29,229 nt of DNA, from IMG/VR virus record IMGVR_UViG_3300025759_000484, positions 1 through 29,229 of that record; one strand, given 5' to 3'. The DNA comes from a virus (lineage: Duplodnaviria; Caudoviricetes). This document shows positions 5,627 to 13,534 of this stretch, piece after piece. How positions within the stretch are numbered: position 1 is the stretch's first letter; each line of letters starts with the position of its first letter. The translations under genes and the position numbers were made by a program. The notes below the pieces were generated by a model. That model saw only the letters and a program-made list of their open reading frames with translations, was not told the DNA's origin and did not search any database.

Positions 5627-6202
5627 ATGAGTGAAGAACAGGAAGACTATCAATGCTTCTTCTGCGAGCACGGGGCTGATCGTGCGTGCGGCGAAAAGTC
5701 AACTAATGGCGTGGCGTGCGACATGCCCGCTGGTCATGCTGGGCGTCATGTGAGTTGTCACAACAACTGGCACGCTGCAGTGATTTGGAACACGGGCGGC
5801 AAGCCTGTGGTGTCCTACCGGCACCGCAAGGGCAAGGGGAAGAATGCTGAGAGGTTGTATCGCTTGGCGAAGGCCAATCAGGCTGCTGGGACTGGGGCTG
5901 ATAAGCAGCGGGTTCAGAACGAGGCCGCGACTGACATGCTCAACGAGCTTGAGGTTGATGGGGCTGCTGCCGAGGTGTTCAAGGAGCTTTGTAGGGCTAC
6001 GCAGTATAACCCGATCTTGGAGGTCATTAACGCCCTAAAGAACAAGGCAAAGGGCGGGACTCAGGGCATCTCGCCTTCCAAGAGGCTCGATGCGAACATG
6101 AAGCTGATGGAATATCTGGTTCCGAAGCCGAAGGCGCAGGATGTGAGCAAGAAGGAGGATACTGGCATTACGGTGAACATCAACGATGGGGAGGTGAAAT
6201 GA
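5627..6202 (+). CDS. terS: Putative terminase small subunit with N-terminal Cys/His metal-binding extension
   Basis: Lies upstream of TerL; YNPILEVI...RLDANMKLMEYLVPKPKAQDV and the C-terminal ITVNI strand match TerS oligomerisation and beta-barrel patterns. Confidence 0.6.
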   Translation: MSEEQEDYQCFFCEHGADRACGEKSTNGVACDMPAGHAGRHVSCHNNWHAAVIWNTGGKPVVSYRHRKGKGKNAERLYRLAKANQAAGTGADKQRVQNEAATDMLNELEVDGAAAEVFKELCRATQYNPILEVINALKNKAKGGTQGISPSKRLDANMKLMEYLVPKPKAQDVSKKEDTGITVNINDGEVK

Positions 6203-6477
6203 AGAAGGTTGACGAGAAGCTTGTTAAGGCAGTTGAGCGAATTGCGGACTCTTTGTCCCGGCTTGAGGGCATGATTGGCGAACTGATCGAGTGTGAGGAG
6301 TGTGACTGCGACGAACCCTGCGGCTATCACGAGCTGTCTGAGGGAGAAGAAATCAGGAAGGGTGATTGGTATTTCAATGAGTCAAAAGAAAGGTGCCCAA
6401 TTGTCTTGGATTTGGGAGGGCCATACATCAGGGACTACTTTGAATTCTCCATCTACCGTGATGTTCCAAGCTCCTGA
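6199..6477 (+). CDS. Hypothetical acidic protein
   Basis: GGAGGTG SD, ATGA overlap; CEECDCDEPC and YHELSEGEEIRKGD motifs. Confidence 0.75.
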   Translation: MKKVDEKLVKAVERIADSLSRLEGMIGELIECEECDCDEPCGYHELSEGEEIRKGDWYFNESKERCPIVLDLGGPYIRDYFEFSIYRDVPSS

Positions 6478-6482
6478 CTGTC

Positions 6483-7877
6483 ATGCCTGAATTTTCCCTG
6501 CCATATCAGTGGGCTCCGCGAGAGTATCAGAAGCCCCTCTGGAACTACTTCATGTCGCCTGGGACGGGCAAGCGCGCCTCAATCTTCTGGCATCGCCGCG
6601 CTGGTAAGGATTTGTTCGCCATGAACCTAATTTCAGTGATGGCGCACAAGCGGGTTGGAGCTTACTGGCATATCTTTCCGCAGAACAAGCAGGGCAAGCG
6701 TATTGCGTGGAATGGGCGAACTGGCGGCATCATAGACCCTGTGACGCATGAAGTGAAGGAGCAGGGGCGCCCATTTCTCAGCTACCTTGGCGGGCCGCGA
6801 GATCCGAAGACCAAGAAGCCGGTCCTTCAAGAGAAGTACAACGACCAGGAGATGACCTACGTCTTCAAGAATGGTTCGATGTATCAGGTGCTTGGTGCGG
6901 ACTCCGACTCACTGGTCGGCGGCAATCCCGTTGGGATTGTTTTCTCTGAGTGGGCTTTGATCCCCAAGAAAACATGGGAGTATTTGTCGCCTATCCTTGC
7001 GGAGAATGGCGGCTGGGCTTTGTTCATCACCACGCCTCGCGGCAAGAATCACGCCTACGACATGCATGAGATGGCGAAGGACAACGACAATTGGTTCCGC
7101 GAGACATTGATTGCCGGAGATCAGGGCACACGCGATGAGGCGGGCAATCCGGTGGTGCCAGATTCCTTTATTGAGCAGGCCAAGATGGATGGCATGGAAG
7201 AGGAGCGCATCCGATCCGAGTTCTACTGCGATACCGAGGCTCCTGTGAGCGGGGCATACTATGGTCGTCAGATGATGGAGGCTTCGGATCAAGGGCGCGT
7301 GACGGATGTTCCATGGATGCCGCAACTGCCGGTCTACACCTCATGGGACTTGGGCGCGAATGATGCGACTGCCATTTGGTTTTTTCAGCGGGCGCAGGGG
7401 GCAATCCATGTTATTGACTACATCGAGGAGCGCGACCAACCGTTGAACTACTACATCAAGTTGGTGCGTGAGCGGCCCTACACCTACGAGGCGCACTATG
7501 CGCCGCACGACATTGAGAAGCGTGAGATCACTTCTGCCGAGGCGCGCATTGTCACTGCTGCCAAGATGGGCATCAGGTTTACGCCTATTCCGTTCCTCTC
7601 AGTGCGTGAGCGCATTGATGCTGCGCGCAACCTGATCCCGGTCTGCCGCTTTGATGCGACCAAGTGCGGTCCTGGCATTGAGGCATTGCGCAGCTATACC
7701 AAGAAGTGGAACGATAAGGATGACACCTACATGAACGTTCCAAAGCACGACTGGGCGAGTAACGGGGCTGACGCCTTCGGCTACTTTGCTTTGGCTGCTG
7801 GGCCGGAGCCTGATACGAGAAACAAAACTAACTACAAGGGCAGTCCGATTATGGACAGCTTTGACTACCTTGCGTGA
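6483..7877 (+). CDS. terL: Terminase large subunit
   Basis: PREYQ adenine-binding motif, Walker A WHRRAGKD, Walker B variant GIVFSEW, coupling motif ITTPRG, RNase H-like nuclease SWDLG..DAT and HDWASNGADAFGY. Confidence 0.95.
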   Translation: MPEFSLPYQWAPREYQKPLWNYFMSPGTGKRASIFWHRRAGKDLFAMNLISVMAHKRVGAYWHIFPQNKQGKRIAWNGRTGGIIDPVTHEVKEQGRPFLSYLGGPRDPKTKKPVLQEKYNDQEMTYVFKNGSMYQVLGADSDSLVGGNPVGIVFSEWALIPKKTWEYLSPILAENGGWALFITTPRGKNHAYDMHEMAKDNDNWFRETLIAGDQGTRDEAGNPVVPDSFIEQAKMDGMEEERIRSEFYCDTEAPVSGAYYGRQMMEASDQGRVTDVPWMPQLPVYTSWDLGANDATAIWFFQRAQGAIHVIDYIEERDQPLNYYIKLVRERPYTYEAHYAPHDIEKREITSAEARIVTAAKMGIRFTPIPFLSVRERIDAARNLIPVCRFDATKCGPGIEALRSYTKKWNDKDDTYMNVPKHDWASNGADAFGYFALAAGPEPDTRNKTNYKGSPIMDSFDYLA

Positions 7878-8188
7878 GCGCCATTGAGCAGTCCATCGCA
7901 ATGTGGCCGTCTCCAGAGGTATTCTGGAATGATGTTCGCAAGTGGGGCGAGATGGGCTGCTACGTCCACATTCGCCCAGACTTCTGCGTCTGCGCCAAGG
8001 ATGTCGAAGGGCGGGGTTGGTATATCTACCTTGCCGTTGGCGACATGGAGCGCATGCTTCGCCAGCTTCCCTACGAGCTTGAATTCATAGGATGGGACCG
8101 GGAGTTGCGGGGCTGCCGCAATCCGAGATATTACCCACTGAAGAAATTGCTTGCCAAATGTGGGATTTCGTCCATTCCTTCATACTAG
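7874..8188 (+). CDS. Hypothetical protein, possibly a degenerate GNAT-like fold
   Basis: GTGA overlap with the terL stop; WYIYLAVGD...FIGWDR...RYY pattern. Confidence 0.65.
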   Translation: MSAIEQSIAMWPSPEVFWNDVRKWGEMGCYVHIRPDFCVCAKDVEGRGWYIYLAVGDMERMLRQLPYELEFIGWDRELRGCRNPRYYPLKKLLAKCGISSIPSY

Positions 8189-8374
8189 ATGACATCTAGT
8201 GCCCCGAAGCCACCGGCTCCACCCAAGCCGCCTGCACCCGAAGGTGCGGGGGCGACTGTGCGTGCGCAAGAAGCCCAACGCAGGCGAAAAGGACGTAAGT
8301 CCACAATCCTTGGCGGGTTATCTCCGAGTGCTGGCGCTGAAAACACCTTCCTGAAATCAATCCTTGGCGGTTAA
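8189..8374 (+). CDS. Small virion assembly protein (T7 gp7.3-like position)
   Basis: Pro-rich N-terminus, RRRKGRKSTIL, KSILGG end, directly before the portal. Confidence 0.75.
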   Translation: MTSSAPKPPAPPKPPAPEGAGATVRAQEAQRRRKGRKSTILGGLSPSAGAENTFLKSILGG

Positions 8375-9987
8375 TGACAGACGAAAAGGCAAAGCAGGTT
8401 TTGTCCCGCCTCGATGAACTCAAGGCGGCGCGGAACACCATAGACTCCGAGTTCCAGAAGATTGTGGACTACGTTCGCCCAGAGGGGGCTGACTTCTCCA
8501 CTCGGAACGAGAAGGGCCGCGCCCAGATCAACCGCTCTGACAAGATTTACGATTCGACCGCCCGCGATTCCGTCGTCACCTTTGCTGGGGGCATCGAGTC
8601 CAACTTGACCAATCCGGTTGAGCGTTGGTTCTCTGTCCGCATCGAGGGAGTTGACGACGAGCAGTTAGACCATGAGGCTCTGCTTTGGCTGGACAATGTC
8701 ACCGACATCGTTTACTCGCAGTTTAACCGCCCGGAGGGCGGATTCTATACAGCGGTTGGCGAGGCATATACAGACCTTGGCAGCTACGGCACCGACGTTA
8801 TTGGCTCCGAGTGGGACGGCAACGGCGTTGTATATCGCTCCTACCCACTGGGCAACTGCTGGCTCGACGAGGGCGCAGACCAGTTGGTGGACACCAATTT
8901 CCGCGAGATCGAGATGACCAAGCGGCAAATCGAGCAACGATTTGGCCGCTACGGGATGGTTCCCGACTCGATCATGCGAGAGAAGGACTCCACGAGACGC
9001 TTCGTGGTTGTCCATGCAGTCTATCCCCGATCCGATGCAGCGGGCAGTCGGGCTATCAATAAACGCTATGCCTCCTGCTGGGTTTGCGCAGATACCAAGT
9101 CTGTGCTCCATGAATCTGGCTACGACAGCTTTCCATACGCGGTTTCGCGTTGGGCAAAGCGGGCGGGGCAAGTTTATGGGTTTAGCCCCGCCCGCATTTG
9201 TCTTCCCGACATCCTCATGGTCAATCGCTTTCAGCAGCAGATTCTGAAGCGGGCCATGAAGGTGACATCCCCTCCCCTGTTGGTTCCCAACTCGGGCTAT
9301 GTCCTGCCGATCAATACCTCGCCCGACGGCGTCACCTTCCATGACGCCTTCAGTGGTCAGAACGAGGTGCGCGAGCTTTACCAGAACGTGCGCCAAGACC
9401 TTGGCATTTCCCTTGAGATGCTGACCGATGTCCGCAACTCCATTCGCAAGTGCTTTCATGTTGACTTGTTTGAGCTTGGCAAGAACAACATTGAGATGAA
9501 AGCAACCGAGGTGATTGAGCGCAGGAATGAGAAGCTGCGCCAATTGGCTCCCATGATCGGGCGGCAGACCAAGGAGAAGCTTGACCCGATTGTCTCCCGC
9601 ACCTACGAGCTTTTGAACGCGCATGATCGCATCCCAGATGCCCCGTCTGCGCTTCAGGGCACACGCTTGCGCGTGCGCTACCAATCTCCCGCCGCAGCCG
9701 CACAATTCAGCGTCAGGGCTGATTCAATGCGTGGATACACAGAGGATCTAGTCGCGCTTGCGCAGGCATATCCTGACATTTTGGACAAGATCGACCCTGA
9801 CGCGCTGTCGGCTGAACTTGCTAGGGCGAGGCAGGTTCCGACCGCGATTCTGCGCCCCAGCGAAGAGGTTGAAGAAATTCGCGCCCAAAAACAGCAGAGC
9901 CAGCAGATGCAAGAGATGGCCCAGGCGGCGCAGCCAGCGGCTAGTGCAATCAAAGACATTGCACAGGCGCAGGCGATTTCCCAATGA
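8374..9987 (+). CDS. Portal / head-to-tail connector (T7 gp8 / BPP-1 type)
   Basis: 537 aa; IYDSTA, DLGSYGT, ESGYDSFPYAVSRW...YGFSP, MKATEVIERRNEKLRQLAP motifs; Q-rich C-terminus. Confidence 0.95.
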   Translation: MTDEKAKQVLSRLDELKAARNTIDSEFQKIVDYVRPEGADFSTRNEKGRAQINRSDKIYDSTARDSVVTFAGGIESNLTNPVERWFSVRIEGVDDEQLDHEALLWLDNVTDIVYSQFNRPEGGFYTAVGEAYTDLGSYGTDVIGSEWDGNGVVYRSYPLGNCWLDEGADQLVDTNFREIEMTKRQIEQRFGRYGMVPDSIMREKDSTRRFVVVHAVYPRSDAAGSRAINKRYASCWVCADTKSVLHESGYDSFPYAVSRWAKRAGQVYGFSPARICLPDILMVNRFQQQILKRAMKVTSPPLLVPNSGYVLPINTSPDGVTFHDAFSGQNEVRELYQNVRQDLGISLEMLTDVRNSIRKCFHVDLFELGKNNIEMKATEVIERRNEKLRQLAPMIGRQTKEKLDPIVSRTYELLNAHDRIPDAPSALQGTRLRVRYQSPAAAAQFSVRADSMRGYTEDLVALAQAYPDILDKIDPDALSAELARARQVPTAILRPSEEVEEIRAQKQQSQQMQEMAQAAQPAASAIKDIAQAQAISQ

Positions 9988-10238
9988 AAACCCTAAAGCA
10001 ACTAAAAACCCATACGGAGCGGAATTGCCATTCGGTGCTGATTGCCGCTGTAGCCAACCCCTCGGGGAATACTGTCGTTATCGGGCCATTTGCCAACGCA
10101 AAGGAGATGGACCGCGCTATTCTGCGCTCGGAGTATCCCGTTAACAAAGTCGAAGGCCCTTATCAGGTGCTGATTCCTTACCCCGAAGGAGCCGTAAAGC
10201 CAAAGGCGACTGATGAACTGGCAGCAGTTGGTCAATAA
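9984..10238 (+). CDS. Hypothetical protein
   Basis: ATGA overlap with the portal stop; fills the gap in the operon. Confidence 0.6.
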   Translation: MKTLKQLKTHTERNCHSVLIAAVANPSGNTVVIGPFANAKEMDRAILRSEYPVNKVEGPYQVLIPYPEGAVKPKATDELAAVGQ

Positions 10239-10476
10239 GACCCTCGGCAAAAACCGCTCGTTCCAGGCTGTATTCAAAACCCCGGAGGGGCAAGAAGTGC
10301 TGCAACACATCGCTAAGATGGGCTTTGTGTTCCAACCTTCGATGGATACCAGGGGCTTGACAGAGTTCAACGAGGGTCGGCGCAGTCTTGCGCTGGACAT
10401 CCTCGCGCTCTGCAACAAGGACGAAGCGGCCATACTTGAAATGCTGAAAACCCACCAACAGGAAGAAACCCAATGA
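10213..10476 (+). CDS. Bbp19-like protein
   Basis: VFKTPEGQEVLQHI...FNEGRRSLALDI motif, between portal and scaffold. Confidence 0.8.
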   Translation: MNWQQLVNKTLGKNRSFQAVFKTPEGQEVLQHIAKMGFVFQPSMDTRGLTEFNEGRRSLALDILALCNKDEAAILEMLKTHQQEETQ

Positions 10477-11270
10477 GCGACGACAACGACACACCATTTG
10501 TTGAGACACTGCCCGAGGAATACCGCGACAATGCGGTGTTCTCGTCCTACAAGGACATGGGTGGGCTTCTCAAAAGCCACGTTGAACTGAACAAAATGCT
10601 CGGTAAGCCCCGAGTGGATCTGCCTCAAGACGACTGGAAGGACGAGGACTACGATAAGTTCTACTCTAAACTGGGCAGGCCCGAGAAGGCTGAAGCCTAC
10701 GCCGAAGGGCTGGAACTGCCCGAAGGCGTGGAGCTTGACCAGGATCAAGTCAAGTGGGCGACTGACCAGTTCCACAAGCTGGGCATCTCCGACAAGGCTG
10801 GCAAGCAGCTTCTGAAGGATTACATCACCCGTCAAATTGAGCAGGATCAAGCCACGCAGAGCAGCAAGGCGCAATTTGCCGAAGAGGCGACCGCCGCGCT
10901 GAAAGCCGAGTGGGGCGACAACTACGACACTCAGATGGAGTTGGTTAAGGGTATTGCGAGCAAATTTGGTGACGATGCGTTTTTCGAGTTGCTGAATAAC
11001 CCTGAGTTCGGTAACAACCCCGCCCTTGTGAAGTTCATCGCCAACGTCGGCGAGGAGTTCAAGGAGGATGTCGTTGGAGGTTCATCTGGCGCGCCCTCTG
11101 TGAGTCCGCAGGCTCGCGCCAAGTTGCAACTTGAACAGAATCGACAAGACCGTGAAAAGGTGCGACTTTTGACCACGCCGCTTTACAACCTGCGCGAGGA
11201 CGAGCAAGTTGCGGCAAAGGCGTTGCGAGCCGAGAACGAGAACCTGTATCGCCTCGCCTACAAGGATTAG
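10473..11270 (+). CDS. Capsid assembly scaffolding protein
   Basis: LPEEYR, L.KSH.ELNKMLG, FYSKLGRPE, LKAEWGDNYD, GNNPALVKF motifs; acidic and helical; upstream of the capsid gene. Confidence 0.85.
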   Translation: MSDDNDTPFVETLPEEYRDNAVFSSYKDMGGLLKSHVELNKMLGKPRVDLPQDDWKDEDYDKFYSKLGRPEKAEAYAEGLELPEGVELDQDQVKWATDQFHKLGISDKAGKQLLKDYITRQIEQDQATQSSKAQFAEEATAALKAEWGDNYDTQMELVKGIASKFGDDAFFELLNNPEFGNNPALVKFIANVGEEFKEDVVGGSSGAPSVSPQARAKLQLEQNRQDREKVRLLTTPLYNLREDEQVAAKALRAENENLYRLAYKD

Positions 11271-11286
11271 GGAGCCCCTTCTCCCT

Positions 11287-11333
11287 TGCCCCGCCTCGGG
11301 TTTTCTTTGTTTTTACCGAGGCGGGGCATTTTT
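11287..11333 (+). terminator. Intrinsic terminator after the scaffold gene
   Basis: 13-bp stem TGCCCCGCCTCGG/CCGAGGCGGGGCA, T-rich 16-nt loop, T5 tail. Confidence 0.75.
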
Positions 11334-11338
11334 GTTGC

Positions 11339-11367
11339 TTGACCGATTCCTGAATACTTGTTACGCA
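11339..11367 (+). promoter_or_regulatory. Candidate dedicated promoter for the capsid gene
   Basis: TTGACC-N17 (ending TGT)-TACGCA immediately after the terminator. Confidence 0.5.
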
Positions 11368-11376
11368 TCATCATAT

Positions 11377-11520
11377 CTGGACAACTTGACACGTCGAGCC
11401 CAGTGACAGCGGGGAAAGCCCCGCCTTCCAGCAGCGGAGAAAAGCTGTTATGGGAGAGTCCGCATTTGTGGGTAGCTCAACCGATCCGAAACGATTGCAA
11501 GAGAAAGGCTACCTACAATG
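11377..11520 (+). promoter_or_regulatory. Structured cis-regulatory 5' leader RNA of the major capsid gene
   Basis: Three stem-loops (11377-11403, 11404-11450, 11456-11478) and an alternative helix 11466-11477/11507-11518 covering the translation start. Confidence 0.65.
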
Positions 11521-12378
11521 TCTTCAGAGATTAGCACCTCCTTTAAGCAGTCTTACCACGACATGCTGGAGATCGGCCTGCAACAGCAGGGCTCCCGATT
11601 GCGCCCAGCGGTTCGTGTTGAGTCTGTAAATGCGAAGTATGGTTACTTCGACCGGGTCAACAGCGTTTCCGCTGTTGAGAAAACCTCCCGCCACGCGCCC
11701 ACCCCGCAGATTGACACCCCGCACGTTCGTCGGCGTGTTGATATGCGCGACTTCCACTTTGCCGACATGATCGACAAACAGGATGTCATCCGCGCTACGG
11801 CCAACCCTGAATCGGCCTACGTCCAGAATGCGATTTACTCGCTCGGACGCGAGATGGACAATCAAGTCATCTCGGCTGCTTTCGGAACGGCCTATGAGGG
11901 CGAGACTGGCGGAACTTCCACCACGTTCCCGACCGCGACCCAACAGATCGCGCACGGTTCGGCTGGAATGACCGTTGAAAAGCTTCGGGCGGCAAAAAAG
12001 ATCCTCGACTCCAACGAGGTTGGTGATGAGCCCCGCTTCATCGCCTGCACGGCCCAACAGATCGATGATCTGCTGGGCACGACTGAGGTCACTAGCACTG
12101 ACTACAACTCCGTCAAGGCGTTGGTTCAGGGCGAAGTGAATACGTTCCTCGGCTTCACGTTCATTCGGACTGAGCTGATTGACATTTCGGGCTCTACCCG
12201 CTCCTGCATTGCCTGGTCGCGTAGCGGCCTGCTCTTGGGTGTCGGCATCGACATCGAGACGGACATCAGCGTTCGGAATGACATGAGCAACGCCATCCAA
12301 GTGTATGCACGCGCCACCTTCGGCGCGACCCGCATGTATGAGGAGAAGGTCGTGGAAATCCAGTGCACCGAATCCTAA
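11518..12378 (+). CDS. Major capsid protein (HK97 fold)
   Basis: LQQQGSRLR, TPH.RR, DMIDKQD, LGREMD, TSTDYNSVKALVQGEVNTFLGFTFI, FGATRMYEEKVVEI motifs. Confidence 0.95.
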   Translation: MSSEISTSFKQSYHDMLEIGLQQQGSRLRPAVRVESVNAKYGYFDRVNSVSAVEKTSRHAPTPQIDTPHVRRRVDMRDFHFADMIDKQDVIRATANPESAYVQNAIYSLGREMDNQVISAAFGTAYEGETGGTSTTFPTATQQIAHGSAGMTVEKLRAAKKILDSNEVGDEPRFIACTAQQIDDLLGTTEVTSTDYNSVKALVQGEVNTFLGFTFIRTELIDISGSTRSCIAWSRSGLLLGVGIDIETDISVRNDMSNAIQVYARATFGATRMYEEKVVEIQCTES

Positions 12379-12396
12379 ACGAGAAAGGACTGACAG

Positions 12397-12882
12397 ATGG
12401 CTACTTACAATTCTGAACAGTTGGCCGCTTTTGTCGCCCCGAATTACGGGCCGCAGGAGCGGAATCGTGCGGACGCGCTTCGCCGCGAGTCGTGGACCTA
12501 CAACACGACCGATGACCCGACCGGCGCAATTGCTGAATTCGACACCATTCGCTTGAAGCTGCTCCCGAAAGGGACGCGCATCTGGGGCGGAAAGTTGTTC
12601 TTTGAGGCGATTGGCTCCAACCAGGTCGTTGACTTCGGCCTTGAAGGAGCGGACGGCGACGGCACGTACGACGGGACCAATTCCGATGACCCCGACTTCT
12701 TCACCACGGCGCAGGTTGCTGTTGCGGCCGCTGGCGAAGCTGAGTTCGGCGTCTTGCAGGAAGACAATCCCGGCTACGAGTTGGTGAAGGACTGCTACCT
12801 GACGATGACCCATGAGGACACCGCCAGCACCAACGCGCCTGCTTCCGACAAGGACATCGACGGTTACGTTGACATTTCGTAA
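12397..12882 (+). CDS. Putative capsid cement/decoration protein
   Basis: AAAGGA SD; beta-rich; DTI.L..LPKG.RI motif; follows the MCP gene, before the terminator. Confidence 0.7.
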   Translation: MATYNSEQLAAFVAPNYGPQERNRADALRRESWTYNTTDDPTGAIAEFDTIRLKLLPKGTRIWGGKLFFEAIGSNQVVDFGLEGADGDGTYDGTNSDDPDFFTTAQVAVAAAGEAEFGVLQEDNPGYELVKDCYLTMTHEDTASTNAPASDKDIDGYVDIS

Positions 12883-12891
12883 CACTCAATC

Positions 12892-12928
12892 CCCTGCCGG
12901 GGCATAACAGCCCCGGCAGGGCTTTTCT
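12892..12928 (+). terminator. Intrinsic terminator after the capsid/cement genes (T7 T-phi-like position)
   Basis: 12-bp stem CCCTGCCGGGGC/GCCCCGGCAGGG followed by CTTTTCT. Confidence 0.8.
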
Positions 12929-13534
12929 ATGGCAACTCAAGTCACGATCAGCAATTTGGCCCTGATGAATCTCGGGGCTCCTACCATTACGCGGATCGAG
13001 GCTGAGACTGCCTCTGGCCGCGCTGTTCGCGCAGGCTGGGACGTTTGCCTTGAGGCGTTCCTGTGTATGCACCCGTGGACGTTTGCCACGACCAGGACAA
13101 CGACCTCGCCTACGGCAAACACGCCCAACCACAATTACACCTACGAGCACGCATTTCCATCAGATGCGATTTACGTGTTTCCTCCGGGGCAGGGCACGCA
13201 GCCCTACGACGATTACAAGATCGAGGGACGCACCATACTTTCCAACTCTGACACCCTCTACATCCGCTACATCCAGAACGATGTGTCGGTGTCAGACATT
13301 CCGCCATTGGCGGCGAACGCACTTGCAATCTACCTCGCTTGGTGGATGTGCATGGCATTGATTCAGGGCAACACTGGGCGCAGGGAGAAGGAGCGCCTTT
13401 GGAACGACTTTGAAAAAGCCCTGGCGAAGGCGAGACACGCCGACTCCGGTCAGATTGCCGGACTAAGCGCAACCAGCTTTGCGCTGGAAGATGCCCGCAG
13501 TGGCGGCGTTGACACAGTGCGTGGCCTGACCTAA
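12929..13534 (+). CDS. Tail tubular protein A / head-tail adaptor (T7 gp11-like)
   Basis: ISNLALMNLGA..I, HPWTFA, YEHAFPSD, IEGRTILSN, YIRYI motifs. Confidence 0.9.
   Translation: MATQVTISNLALMNLGAPTITRIEAETASGRAVRAGWDVCLEAFLCMHPWTFATTRTTTSPTANTPNHNYTYEHAFPSDAIYVFPPGQGTQPYDDYKIEGRTILSNSDTLYIRYIQNDVSVSDIPPLAANALAIYLAWWMCMALIQGNTGRREKERLWNDFEKALAKARHADSGQIAGLSATSFALEDARSGGVDTVRGLT

Noticed and set aside
8665-10874. Long antisense ORFs (346 aa and 290 aa) opposite portal and scaffold
   Set aside because: Shadow frames caused by codon bias in well-supported plus-strand genes.
12376-12399. Possible MCP-cement read-through fusion (the genes are in frame)
   Set aside because: Two in-frame stops (TAA 12376, TGA 12391) and a separate SD for the cement gene; no slippery site seen.
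11524-12885. 453-aa antisense ORF spanning the capsid and cement genes
   Set aside because: Both genes share one frame and are strongly codon-biased, which explains the lack of antisense stops; the translation has no protein-like motifs.
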